Assembly: GCF_004010195.1 (NCBI RefSeq)
Contig: NC_057749.1
Location: forward strand, 14,008,974 to 14,053,870
Length of the DNA: 44,897 nucleotides
Direction of reading: 5' to 3'
Origin: Chiloscyllium plagiosum
Lineage: Eukaryota
The notes beneath the pieces were generated by a model that did not search any database, had not been told where the DNA came from, and worked only from the letters and a program-made list of their open reading frames with translations. Below are positions 12,406 to 24,280 of this stretch, one piece after another. The stretch's first letter is position 1. Every line of letters begins with the position of its first letter. The translations under genes and the position numbers were made by a program.

Positions 12406-13408
12406 TGTCCAAAATGGAGGCCCATGGGAGAAAACGAGAGCTTAGTACTCATCCTGACTTTCCTGATGGGAATTGTTGTTGTCTAGTTTTGTTTCTGGCA
12501 TATGGGAGAACGGAAAGTTGCATATAATCAAGGTGACATTAGATGCAAATAGGCCTTGGGTCACTCGCCTCAAGACTCCCACCTTGCTATCCAAGACGTG
12601 GTTCTACAATTGGAAGTTGATTTTGGAAATCTTTTTTTCAGTAAGCCATATTTTCCCAACTAATTTACCAATGTTAACATATTTTAGAAACGTGCTTTCA
12701 GTCGGAGTCTGTGCCTATAATTACTTGGTTAATTGTATTTCTTACAAATTAGGAGCAGGAGTCCATCATGAGGTGATATGTGTAGAATGCAATGCTCACT
12801 ACTTCATTCAGGTAGACCCATTACAAGCTTCAATCCTGAATGGCAGTCCCCAGTTAAAAGCTGTCTGGTCATAGTTTTGATTAGCCTGCAGAATGTGCAG
12901 CTATCTGCTGCTTATCAAGCTGAGGGATTATCCATCACCGTAACCCTGCCCTTCCTGTTCCTTCAGTAGCGTTTGTGCAACAGCCTCTTGAGTTTTTCTA
13001 AAAATGCAGCAGCTGATGAGACCATTATAAAACCGCAGTTGCAAGACAATTCTTTCTTTTTTGTGACTCACTATTTAATTGCAGTAATGTTCCTCGGCTT
13101 TTGCTTCCCAAATTGAATGCAATTAGCAACAAGATCAATGGAAGAATATCACATTTGTGGATCTCCACAATTTAGAAAGATTTGCTCCCTCCCTCGTCTC
13201 TAAGAGAATTAGTCATTTGCCCCCTTTCTCAGGTTTTTTTTAACGTGGATAGCTTGGTAATTGAGAATACCCACCCAAGTAACATCAGAGTTATAGAGAC
13301 TCTGAGGGTCTCCAGGTTCACTCCTGTTCGGAGTTACTCTGCGTTCCTCCTGTTGATCTGGTGCCAGGTGACTCCTACTGGAAGTAGGCATGTGTGGACA
13401 TCAGGTGA

Positions 13409-13443
13409 ATGCCAACATGGGCCAATATTGAAGGCATCAAGAG
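13409..13443 (+). CDS. Candidate alternative first coding exon of PSTPIP1 (MPTWANIEGIK-S)
   Basis: ATG at 13409 and a strong donor gag|gtatga at 13444, ending in phase 2, which fits the 19-nt microexon at 14658. No homology support. Confidence 0.25.
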
Positions 13444-13489
13444 GTATGAAGAGAAATTGGAGGTAGAGGATCAGTCGCAATCTTTTTTT

Positions 13490-13800
13490 TTTGTTTTGTA
13501 CATTCACGGGATGAGGGTGTCGCTGGCTAGGCAGCATTTATTGCCCATCTCTAGTCCGTTAAGAATCAACTACATTGTTGTGGGTCTGGAGTCACAGAGG
13601 GCATTACTGAACCAGATGGGTTTTTCCAACAATAGACAGTGGATTCATGGTCATCATTAGACTCTTAATTCCAGAATTACTTTTTATTGAATTTGAATGC
13701 CACCATCTCCTGTGGTGGGATTTGAACCTGGGTCCCTAGCCATCATCTGGGTCTCTGGATTAACAATCCAACAATAATACCATTTGAGGCCTTTGCCTCC
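13490..13800 (-). mobile_element. tRNA-headed SINE with CR1-like tail (same family as 28709-29030)
   Basis: Reverse-complement similarity to 28709-29030 (gtgggtctggagtcaca, gaaccagatgggtttttcc, ggattcatggtcatc). Confidence 0.75.
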
Positions 13801-14122
13801 CCTTTTAAATTGAATGGTGGAGCAGGCTTGCAAGACTGAATGGCCTACTTCTGTTTCTCTGACTCCGCTGGGGTCATGCAGCAGCTGGGGTGAAAAGCTG
13901 TAGCTTGCCCAAGAGATAGGGAAGGAAACGCATGGGAAAAACCATTCTGCTTAACTTTAAAATCGTCTCATGTTTCGTATTATCCGAAATGCAGATTGCT
14001 GATCACATCAACATTTTGAACAAATTTGAATCTGGGTCAGTAAGGTAGTTTTAATGGTTAATGCACAAAAATGTAACTAATTTATAATACTTTAATCATC
14101 ATTGGTTACAACTTAATCACTT

Positions 14123-14333
14123 AGAGTCATAGAGATGTACAGCACAGAAACAGAACCTTTGGCCCAACTAGTTCTTGCCAACCTGATATCCCAAATTAAT
14201 CTAGTCCCATTTGCCAGCACTTGGTCCATATCCCTTCAAACCCTTCCTATTCATGTGCCTTTTAAATGTTGCAATTGCATCAACCTCCACCACTTCCTCT
14301 GGCAGCTCATTCCATACACACCACCCTCTGTGA
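14123..14333 (-). mobile_element. CR1/HER1 LINE 3' tail
   Basis: agagtcatagagatgtacagcacagaaacag...ctctggcagctcattcca is the reverse complement of 16385-16598. Confidence 0.85.
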
Positions 14334-14657
14334 AACTTAATGGTAATTGTGGTGAAACTGCACTCCATGTAAGTTTATAGGTGCTATCATTCAAATCCGA
14401 AACATCTAAATCAATGTCCACTTGCTTCTGAAGCAATTCAGCATCTCTAGTATTAAGAAAATTTGTTTTTTTTTTAAAAAGAACACCAGTTGTAATAGAA
14501 GTGAATAACCTGATATTTTTGTGACTCGTGGTTGGTTTTCACTGGTGGTTGCTAAGGGGAAAGTAACTTGATGAATCAAACTGGTGGTTTGAGGAGGAGA
14601 ACCTCAAGTATCTCCCAAGTGGTGTGTAACTTCCCTATTTTTTTTTTTCTCTTTCAG

Positions 14658-14676
14658 TTTCCCTCTCCACAAATGG
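14658..14676 (+). CDS. Candidate 19-nt microexon upstream of PSTPIP1 exon 2 (..FPLHKW)
   Basis: Very strong pyrimidine tract ttttttttttctctttcag| and donor tgg|gtaggt. It ends on a TGG (Trp) codon in phase 0, as the canonical PSTPIP1 first exon does. Confidence 0.35.
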
Positions 14677-15009
14677 GTAGGTGGATGTCCACTGTTTCAA
14701 TTAAACAATAAGGAGCTGAGGCAAACTCGATAACTGCTCAGTGCCCAGTTTTAACTGATTTTGAGATTTCACTATTAGAAAGTGGAACAGATGTGACAAA
14801 GGTTTTTGCATATTTATAGTATTTTGCCACTACCCTCTGAACATCTCAAATCGTCGTGGGGAATTATTTTGAAAAGGGAAATGCTGTAAAGAAACACAAT
14901 AGCCATATCACACGCACACACGCACATGTGCAACTAATCCCTTAAACAATGTGATCAAATTAAATCTGCATCTCATTTTATTTTCTCTAACTCCACACTA
15001 TCAATTCTG

Positions 15010-15750
15010 ACCCAGACAATCTACATTCCAACTACTTAGGGAAGTGGCCCTAGAAATCATGGAAGAGTTGGTCATCTTTCAAATTTCTGTAGACTCTGGA
15101 ATAGTTCCTAGGGATTAGAGGGTAGAGGGTAGCTAATGTAATGCCATGATTTGAAAACCAGGGAGAGTGAAAACTGAATATAGACGAGTTAAGCCTGACA
15201 TTGGTAGTGGAGAAATGCTAGAGTTCATTATATTAAAAAAAAATCCAATAGCAGAGCACCTGAGAAAACAGTGACCGGATTAGATTAGATTCCCTACAGC
15301 GTGGAAACAGGCCATTTGGCCCGACAAGTAAACCATGGATATAGCAAGCAATGAAGAAGGCAATGGTACATTGGCCTTCATAGCGAGAGGATCAGAATAC
15401 AGGAGCAGGGACGTCTTGCTGCAATGGTACAGGACCCCGGTGAGATCACACCTGCAGTACTGTGTGCAGTTTTGCTTTCCATATCTGAGGAAGGATGTTC
15501 TTCCTATAAGAGGGGAATGCAGTGAAGGTTTACCAGATTGATTCCTGGGATGTCTGGACTGAAACGTGAGGAGAGGTTGAATTGGTTAGGATTTCAGTCA
15601 CGAGAGTTCAGAAAAATGAGGGGAGAATCTCTGAAATCTAACAAGTTCCAATAGGACCAGACAGTGTAAATGCAGGAAGGATGCTCCTAATGAGAGGGGA
15701 GTCTGGAACCAGGGACAGCCTCGAAAGGCAGGATGGTATATTTCTGCTCT
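15010..15750 (+). mobile_element. Decayed CR1 ORF2 fragments
   Basis: Remnants of ANV.P.F.K..R and LAFIARG.EYRSRDVLLQ.YR..VR.HLQYCVQF. Confidence 0.75.
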
Positions 15751-15775
15751 TGTTTTTTGTCATAATTTGAATTAA

Positions 15776-16598
15776 GAAACTTGAAAGGGTTCAGAAAAGA
15801 TTTAAAACTATGTTAGCAAATTACTGCGGATGCTGGAATCTGAAACCAAAAGAGAAAATGCTGGAAACATCAGCCTGTTCAGCCTCTCCCTATAGCTCAA
15901 ATCCTCCAACCCTGGCAAGACCCTTGTAAACCAAAAGAGAAAATGCTGGAAAATCTCAGCAGGTCTGGCAGCATCTGTAAGGAGAGAAAAGAGCTGACGT
16001 TTCGAGTCAGCTTTGTCAAAGGGTCAGTCCGACTCAACGTCAGCTCTTTTCTCGCCTTACAGATGCTGCCAGACCTGCTGAGATTTTCCAGCATTTTCTC
16101 TTTTGGTTTACAAGGGTCTTGCCAGGGTTGGAGGATTTGAGCTATAGGGAGAGGCTGAACAGGCTGGGGCTGTTTTCCCTGGAGCGTTGGAGGCTGAGGG
16201 GTGGCCTTATAGAGGTTTACACAATTATGAAGAGAGAGGGTAAATAGGCAAAGTCTTTTCCCTGGGGTCGAGAGAGGGTAAATAGGCAAAGTCTTTTCCC
16301 TGGGGTCTGGGAGTCCAGAATTAGAAGGCATAGGTTTAGGGTGAGAGGAAAAAGATTATAAGAGACCTACGGGGCGCCTTTTTCACAGAGTGGTACATAT
16401 ATGGAATGAGCTGCCAGAGGAAGTGGTGGAGGCTGGTACAATTGCAACATTTAAGAGGCATTTGGATGGGTGTATGAATGGGAAGGGTTTGGAGGGATAT
16501 GGGCCAGGTACTGGGACTAGATTGGGTTGGGATATCTGGCCGGCATGGACGGGTTAGACCGAAGGGTCTGTTTCCGTGCTGTACATCTCTATGACTCT
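15776..16598 (+). mobile_element. CR1/HER1 3' fragment interrupted at 'ttta' by a fold-back Penelope insert (about 15805-16106)
   Basis: CR1 text aaagggttcagaaaagattta resumes as tttacaagggtcttgccagggttggagg at about 16107; the insert matches the Penelope terminus at 37972-38075. Confidence 0.88.
16232..16307 (+). repeat. Perfect 38-bp tandem duplication inside CR1
   Basis: gagagagggtaaataggcaaagtcttttccctggggtc twice. Confidence 0.95.
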
Positions 16599-16900
16599 GT
16601 GTAAATTTTGTTTGTGTTTCAATGTGTGCCACTGCTGCCATTTCAAGCCTGCAAGTTATTATGTTGTTGATTTAACTAGTGCAGGGAAGAAAGCTAACTC
16701 TCTGGCAGTTCTTGTATCTTGCATTTAGAATCTCCACAAGGTAGATTTAACTGAGCAAGCAGTGTGGTTGAGAACCTGGATTAAGTTGCTGTCCAAATAT
16801 CACTGTGGGGTGTGCAGACATTGAGCTGTACATGGTGGGGGTCAGTGGCCTTGAACACTTGGACATGTTGTTAATCCTAATCCATCCATTGTTTTCACAG

Positions 16901-17001
16901 TGCCCAGAATTTACCAGTTATGTTGGGCACGAGGTCTTACTGGAGCGGTTACAGGAAGGCCGAAAAATGTGCAAGGACATGGAGGAACTGCTGAGACTGA
17001 G
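16901..17001 (+). CDS. PSTPIP1: PSTPIP1 coding exon (equivalent to human exon 2), N-terminal F-BAR/FCH region
   Basis: Acceptor ttgttttcacag| and donor gag|gtaaga. The 101 nt translate as [34 protein letters not shown], matching human PSTPIP1 [34 protein letters not shown] as I recall it, and closer to PSTPIP1 than PSTPIP2. Confidence 0.95.
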
Positions 17002-17411
17002 GTAAGATTTCAGAGTTCCTGGATTTTATGAAGCAACTATTTAGATTGGGGAAATAAAGGAACAGCTGCAGCATTGAGGAACTGGAACCTTCTACTGTGT
17101 TCCTAACTCCCAAAACATTTAGTTTAAAATAATGTTTTTATGTTCAGTCCCCCTCCAAAGTTTTGGTCCCTGGTGATGGGATGCAGTTATTCAGAATTTA
17201 ACAGTTGTCCATTAATACTAATGGAGCCAGATTTAACATTTCCTCGTTCCATTCTCTTCTTTCTGAGCTGAAACTGAAAATGTGACTCTGATGTTCACAA
17301 TGGTCAAGCCTGATCTTTACTCCACCTGACATCAGTTTCACAGCACAGAAACAGACCCTTCAGTCCAACTAGTCTGTCCCAAACACAATCCCAAACTAAA
17401 CTAATACCACC

Positions 17412-17625
17412 GTGGGATAGCACGGTGGCTCAGTGGTTAGGACTGCTGCCTCACAGTGCCAGGGAGCTCGGTTCGATTCCAGCCTTGGGCGTCTGCAAAC
17501 TCATTTCCTCCTACAGTCCAAAGCTGTGTCGGTTAGGTGGATTGGCCATGCTGAATTGTGCAGGCTAAGTGAATAGGGATCGTGTAGGGGCTGGGTCTGA
17601 GTAGATGGACTCTATGGACCAAATG
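17412..17625 (+). mobile_element. HE1-type SINE, internally deleted, in PSTPIP1 intron
   Basis: gcacggtggctcagtggttag...ggttcgattcc head and ggttaggtggattggccatgct motif. Confidence 0.75.
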
Positions 17626-17629
17626 ATCA

Positions 17630-17750
17630 TGTTTGCGAGGCATGTCCGGGGGCGTCTCTGGAAGAACCTTTAACACACACCTCGTAGGGCTTACAGGGTC
17701 ATGGTAAAAGCTCTCTCCAAACAAAGGAAATAGTACTTCCTTTGTATTTC
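17630..17750 (-). mobile_element. Fragment of the same LTR family as 18431-19042
   Basis: tctctggaagaacctttaacacacacctcgtagggcttacaggg...tggtaaaagctctctc aligns with 18565-18675. Confidence 0.75.
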
Positions 17751-17943
17751 AACTCTATAGGGATTCTATTCTATTCTATTCTATTTTGATTACCCTTTGG
17801 TCAATTGTTGACTATCTTCTGGATACATTCCTGTGAGGTACTTTTTGGGATATTTGATTTCATGAAAGGTGTCCCATATGTGGAGGCAATTCATTACCCA
17901 AAATCCCTGATCACAATGAGTGAAGCATTTTTGTTTTGTGCAG

Positions 17944-18018
17944 GGCATATGCAGAAGAGAAATATGGGAAGGAGCTGGTCCATATAGCCCGCAAAGCTGG
18001 AGGTCAAATGGAGATAAA
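17944..18018 (+). CDS. PSTPIP1: PSTPIP1 coding exon (equivalent to human exon 3), F-BAR domain
   Basis: Acceptor ttttgttttgtgcag| and donor aaa|gtaagt. The 75 nt are phase 2-2 and in frame with the previous exon: (R)[24 protein letters not shown], versus human [25 protein letters not shown]. Confidence 0.95.
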
Positions 18019-18239
18019 GTAAGTGTGTATCTTAGTTTTGCCATGTTGTGCTAAATGGAAAATATTTGGTGTGCTTATCAGTGTCTGATTGCTCTTTGTT
18101 GCCTGCCACTTTAAGCTGTTATTTAATAGATTTCATAACCTTGGACGGGAATTCTCTGTACAGAATATAACCGGTTGAGAAATCTGTTGATCTCATTTGA
18201 GGGAAACTTCGTGCAGTCATTGGAGGAATGTTACTGCAT

Positions 18240-19420
18240 GGATAGGAGTCGAGGCATCATGCTGAGGTTGTACAGGATAGTGAGGCCTCTTACACTCGCT
18301 GCCCTGTTATAGAAAGGATATTATTAAATTAGAGAGGACTCAGAAGATATTACCAGGAAGGGAGAGTTTGAGTTATAAAAATAGTTTGGAAAGGCTGGGA
18401 CTCTTTCACTGGAGTGTGAGGTTGAGGGGTTGTTAAGTTCATTTTGTCCTGAAGTCCTTACACACTTGTGGCAACTGCAATATGCCAACTTCTGTGAACA
18501 AGCAAAATTTTATTAAGAAAATGCAGTACAAGCTTGGGAGAAACCCTGAACACTCTACGCCACGCTTGGGAGGTGTGTCCAGGGGTCTCTGGAGGAACTT
18601 TTTAACACACACCTCGCAGGGTTTACAGGTTTGTGGTAAAAGCTCTCTCTGAGCAAAGGAAACAATCCTTCCTTTCTATAAAATCGTTACGTCACAGTTT
18701 GTCATGTCCACAAGACAACCCCTAGTCATTCCCTCAGTCCCATGCCACTCAAGATACAATGCAGTGACCACCTCCCCTCCAGAAACAATGTAATGCAAAT
18801 CATCCCTTAATGGTCAAGTCTGGTGTGAATTGTATTTTTTTTATATAACTATAGGGAGTAGTCAGAATTCCAACTGTAATGTTCTTATTGATTTCTGAAT
18901 AGGGGATGAAAACAATGTCAATTATCCCTGGATGGGAAAGTAAACCTACATTCCATCTATCAGATAAAGACACAACACTCTACCTCTGGGGCATTCAATT
19001 TTCTTGCAGGTCAGCAAAGCAAATTAACTCTGTAATATCACAGGATGACCTTTCATTGAGGTTTATAAAATCATGAGGGGTTTCGATAAAGTCAATGACA
19101 AAGGTCTTTTTCCTAGGGTGTGGGGAGTCCAAAACTATGGGACATCTTTTTAAATCCTACTCCTCTCACCTTAAAAATGACACGAGGGGCAACTTTTTTT
19201 TTAAACACTGTGGTTCCTGTGTGGAATGAACTGATGGAGGAAGTGGTGGATACAGGTACAGTTCCAATGTTTAAAAGACATTTGGATAAGTTCATGGATA
19301 GGAAAGATTTGGAGGAATATTGGCCAGGAGCAGACAGGTGGGACTAGTTTAGTTTGGGAATATGCTCAGTGTGGACTTGTTGGACTGAAGGGTCTGTTTC
19401 TGTGCTGAATGACTGACTCT
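18240..19420 (+). mobile_element. CR1 LINE 3' fragment split by a solo LTR
   Basis: CR1 text gaggttgaggggt resumes as (ggat)gacctttcattgaggtttataaaatcatgagggg at 19043. Confidence 0.8.
18431..19042 (-). mobile_element. Solo LTR (ERV1- or Gypsy-like), 612 bp
   Basis: TGT...ACA termini, near-perfect 4-bp TSD gggt/ggat, minus-strand AATAAA near 18510 and a TATA-like tatagaaag near 18675. Confidence 0.75.
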
Positions 19421-19659
19421 TTGAATAACCCATACCTGTTGAATCTGTTGAATCTCTACCACCATTCAGTAGATCATAGCTGCGCTGTATCTTAATCTAG
19501 CAACTGCGTTGATTCTGTAATCCGTAATAGCTCCAATAATGATTTATCAACTTCGGTTTGTAAATTTTCAACAGACTGCTAGCTTTTTAGAGGGAGAATT
19601 TCAGATTTTCACTATCTTTTTTTTGGAAAAACCTGTTTTCTTTCAACCGTCCCGAACTG

Positions 19660-20190
19660 GTTGGAGTTATATCCAACACAAAGGAAGATGGTAGCTTTTG
19701 TTAGAGATCTAATTATCTCAGCTCCAGGACACTGCAGTAGTTCCTCAGGGTAGTGTCTTAGACCCAACCATCTTCAGCTGTTTCATCAATGACTTTCCCT
19801 GCAACATAAGGTCAGAAATGGGGATGTTCAGTGATGACCTGCATAATGTTCAGCACCATTTGCAACTCTGACAACATCCAAACTTGGGTTGAAAAGTGGC
19901 AACTAATATTTGTGCCACACAAGTGGCAGGCAACGATCCCCCATCTCAAAGAAGAGTGAATCTCTCATTCCACCCTTGACATTCATTGACACTACTGTGG
20001 AATCTTCCTGTTATCAACATCCTGGGGTTATCATAGACCAGAACCTAACTAGACCAGTCATATAAATACTGGTTACTAGAGCAGGTCAAAGACTATGAAT
20101 CCTGCAGTGGATAACAACTGCTGCCTCCAAAGCTTGTTCATCTACAAGGCACAAGTCAGGAGTGTGATGGAATACTCTCCACTTGCAGCT
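19660..20190 (+). mobile_element. CR1-like LINE RT fragment
   Basis: gttcctcagggtagtgtcttagacccaaccatcttcagctgtttcatcaatgac (VPQGSVL.PTIFSCFIND); inverse copy of the 21235-22200 family. Confidence 0.8.
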
Positions 20191-20194
20191 CACT

Positions 20195-20300
20195 TGTCAG
20201 AGGTTCTGTTCACTCAGAGCTGGACCGGTGTCAAGTACTATGAATGTGTAAATAAATGGTGACTTGGTGACAGAATGCCAGCCTCCATGGAGTTATTTCA
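20195..20300 (+). mobile_element. Possible LTR 3' (R-U5) fragment
   Basis: aataaa followed by tgacttggtgac...ggagttatttCA end, inserted between LINE pieces. Confidence 0.4.
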
Positions 20301-21234
20301 GAGATGAAGAAATGTTTCTTCTTTCAGTGGTTGGTCAAGTTTTGAAATTCTTTAACACAGAAGGTTTTGGACGCTGGCTGACTGAGTAGAGTCAAAGAGA
20401 TTGATACATTTTTTAGACCTCGAGGAATGTAGATGGAATGCAAGAATCGTGAAACTGAGAGAATCAACTGTGATCATGTTGAACAACAGCAGACTCAAAC
20501 AGCCAAGTGGCCTACACTTGCTCCGAGTCTCCATGTTTCTAACATCCAACTCATTTGACATGGTAAATAGTTGAGCCTCCAACAGTAATTCTATGACACG
20601 CTTAATAGTTACAGTTTGTGAATTCCAAAAAATCTAGTTATCCCTACTGTTTTCCATTTGTTAGCCTGTTCTTTATCCATGATATATTACCCATAAACAG
20701 TATTCTTTATCGTATGTAGTAATCTCACTTTCATCAAATGTCTTTTGAAAATTCAAGTACACCTGCAGTTTCCCACTTATCCACCTTGCTTGTTACTTCC
20801 TCAAAGAATGCCAAATTAATTTGTGCATTAAGGGGAAATAGTGTCAAACTTTACATGACTTTTTTTTCAAATGTGTTGCTCTGGCAGTTCTCTATGGATG
20901 TACCTTTTTTTTTGGGCTGCAACGTTTGAAGGTTTTTCCCGCCCTGTCTCAGAAAGCAGGAATGTATCTGTGCCAGCCCCCAGCAATGTGACAATCGCCT
21001 GACAACAATCTGTTTTGTGATACAGCCTCAGGATCATCTTATGGTCACCTACAAGGGACCTTTAGTTTAACATTCCATTCAAAGGTAATGTCACCAACCG
21101 TGCAGCACTCCCACAGCACCACATGGGAATGTCAGCCTGGATTTTCCTGATCGAGCCTCTGAAGTGGGAAGGAAAGCCAAGGATTCGGGGCTAACTCTCT
21201 CTCATCTGAATTTGAAGAGTATGACATTCTAACT

Positions 21235-22200
21235 TTTATTCATGGAATGTAGGATGTGAGTATTTAAATTGCCTATTCCTATTCACCCTTGAGAAAATTG
21301 TGGTGAGCTGCCTTCTTGAACTGCTGCAGTCTATTTACTGTAGGTTGACCCACAATGTCATTAGGGAGGGATTTCCTGGATTTTGACCCAAGTCAGGGTA
21401 CTGAGTGGCTTGGAAGGGAACTTGATGATGATGATGATGATGATCTCATGTGTTGCTGCCCTTGTCCTTCTCCATGGTAGTGGCAATGTGTTTGGAAGGG
21501 GTCTAAGGAGGCTTGGTGAAATTCTGCAATGCATCTTGTAAATGGTACACGCTGCTGGTACTGAGCATCAGGTGGTGGAGGGAGTGGATGTTTGTGGATG
21601 TGCTGTCAGTGAAGCAGGCTGCTTTGTCCTGAATGGTGTCAAGCTTCTTGTAGCTGGATTTATCCAGGCAAGTAGGGTGTATTCTATCACACTCCTGATG
21701 TGTCTTGTAGATGGTGGACAGGCTTTGGGGAGTCAATGAGTTACTCACAGCAGTATTCCTGGGCCTAACTTGTTTTTGTAGCCATAGTATTTAAATGCCT
21801 TGTCCAATTCAGTTTCTGGTCAGTGGTAACACCAGGATGTTGATAGTGAGGGAGTTTGTGATGGTAATGACGTTGAATGTCAAGGGGGATGGTTAAGTTC
21901 TGTCCTGTTAGAGGTCGCCATTGACTGGCACTTGTCAGATTAAACCTGGATATTGTCCAGATTTTGCTGCAATTAGACGTAGACTGCTTCAGTATCTGAA
22001 GAGTCAGAAATGGTGCTGAACATTGTGCAATCATTGGTAAACGTCCCCTCTTCTGACCTTGTGATGGAGGGAAGGTCGTTTGAAGCAGCTGAAGACAATT
22101 GGGCCTAAGACCATACCCTGAGGAACTCCTGCAGACACATCAAGTTGAGAGACCTCCCCTCCAACCACAACCATCTTCCTCTCTATGACTCCAACTAATG
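21235..22200 (-). mobile_element. CR1-like LINE RT C-terminus and 3' tail
   Basis: Minus-strand VSAGVPQGMVLGPIVFSCF, GVTTDQKLNWTRHLN, LTPQSLSTIYK, KKLDTIQDKAA; contains (gat)n at about 21424-21444. Confidence 0.85.
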
Positions 22201-22812
22201 GAGTGCTTAGTCGAGTAGTCATAAATGATTAATTTCTACTATTTGAGCTAGTGAAACCTAACAAATGGATTTAGGTATTATTACTCATTTGTCCTTTTTA
22301 GAGTCAAAAGACAAAACCTTTTTTTTTTTCAGGGTATTTAGTAACATGAGCTATAGCAAGATTTTTCAGCATTGAGGTCAAGCCTGACATCAGGAGCATC
22401 TCCATCTGTGGTATATTGAGTTTCTCATTAAGCAGTGATGAGTTGTCAATTATGGAAGATTATTGCTTGTTAAACATCTTGATAGTCCAATTTGCCTCAT
22501 TAATATTCAGCTTCCTATCTTAAACTCAGAAAACAGGCAAGATGTTGGGAAAGCTCAACCTTGGTGTGTACCTGTTCAATTCAGCTCATGGCCTGCCCCA
22601 GAATACCCCTCTATTGGATACCAAGTGCTAATGTGTTAGGGTATGGGCCATGGACACAAGCAACATGCTTTCCATGGCGTATACTTTTGCCTATGGACAT
22701 GTGCCAGACTCTAAAGAACGCTCATGGCAGATCTCCAACTCACTTACAGGACACTCCAGCACTTCAGGGCTGTGTCCCAGGCAAACTCATTGTAATGCTG
22801 CAGGAAGCACAC

Positions 22813-22833
22813 TGTGTGTGTGTGTGTGTGTGT
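22813..22833. repeat. (TG)n microsatellite
   Basis: About 10 TG units. Confidence 0.9.
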
Positions 22834-24039
22834 ACGCACGCTTAGGGGGACACACCCAGCTCATGGACTGGACCAGGCTCTATCTCCTGGCTCCCTGCTC
22901 ACTCTCATAGTGCGAACTCCCTTTGAACTGACCTTGATGCTCACAACATCCCTGCCTTGCCTTGTCTCTTTGCGCATTGCCCCTCAGCAGTAATATGACC
23001 CTGATATCTCCACTTGGCTTGAGAGGGACAAGGTTTGTCACTGTTGTCAACAGGCCTCTGTCAAGTCAAGGGCAATAGCCCAGAACATTCGGAAATAATT
23101 TATTGAAAGGAAAACTAAGTGATTTGAGATACAAGAACGTAGCTAGCTCATAGATTGTGTCCGATGGTGTCTGTGCTGTCCTACGGAAACCAGAAGCTAT
23201 GGTAGACATCGTAATGTACATAGCAAAGGAAAATCTGGATCTGTTAGGAAAACTATGAAAATGAGAAAACTCAGCCTAATATGCATCTTCAGCACAAAGT
23301 CTGGGTTTTAACATCTCTCAGCTCTTAAAGTTTAGAAATGACAGTTTATTCTGAGCACTTGTAATTGTCCCTATTTGTGATGAGATACAAACCACGTACA
23401 GAAAACCTTGTGCATTCAATATGGTCTCTGAGTAGCTGGTGCATTTCATCACATATAATTACCCAGACAATCTAAATCCACTTTTTTAAAAAAAATAATA
23501 TTGGGAATTATATGCAGGGCTCACTCAGCGGCGGTGCACTACATAACTAGGGGAGGACAAAACCGTCAGCTTGTAATCTTTACCTATCAGTCCCTAGAAG
23601 CAAGCAGGGTACTTTCTGTAGAATATAGATCGCGGTGAGAAGCTGCAAATGGAGTACTTCTAACGTGGGGGAAGTGATTGCACTGCAGCTGCCACACTGT
23701 TCTGGTCAATCAGGAACCTCTCCAGTCTGACTGCCTGCTGTGGGCACATTGAAAGAGATTGTAGGCTGATCATCATCCTATTTGGCTACATTACAACATT
23801 TAATTCTGGGGCCATCGAGTCCTGGAATAGGCTTTGGACATGGATCCTCTGTCCCAAAGGCAGAGAAATCGGCCTCTGCACCCCAGTGTTTCGGACACAA
23901 ATGTAAATGGGGTGTGTTTAATTTGAGTGCAGACCTACAGTGCAGTCAGTTGTTTTTCCAAATGAAGCGGATGGAAAGGCAAGGTCCTTTTTTTTTTTGT
24001 TGTTGATGTGTGGAAGAACATCACAAACAAAAATCATTT

Positions 24040-24280
24040 AGAATCCCTGCAATGTGGAAAGAGGCCCCTCAGCCCATTGAGTCCACACCAAACCTTCGAA
24101 GAGCATCCCACCCAGACCCAGCCCCCCTAGTGCTATCCCCATAATCCTGCACTTCCCATGGCCAATCGACCAAACTGCACCTTCTTAGGCACTATGGGCA
24201 AATTAGCATGCCAGACCACCTACTGAACATTCTAGATACCATGGGCAAATTAGCATGGCCAATCCACCTAACCTGTACAC
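24040..24280 (-). mobile_element. HE1-related SINE 3' fragment with internal duplication
   Basis: Reverse-complement tail, with atgggcaaattagcatg repeated at about 24194 and 24241. Confidence 0.65.

Noticed and set aside
16805..16900. Upstream extension of the exon 2 ORF
   Set aside because: Intronic; homology starts exactly at the AG acceptor at 16900.
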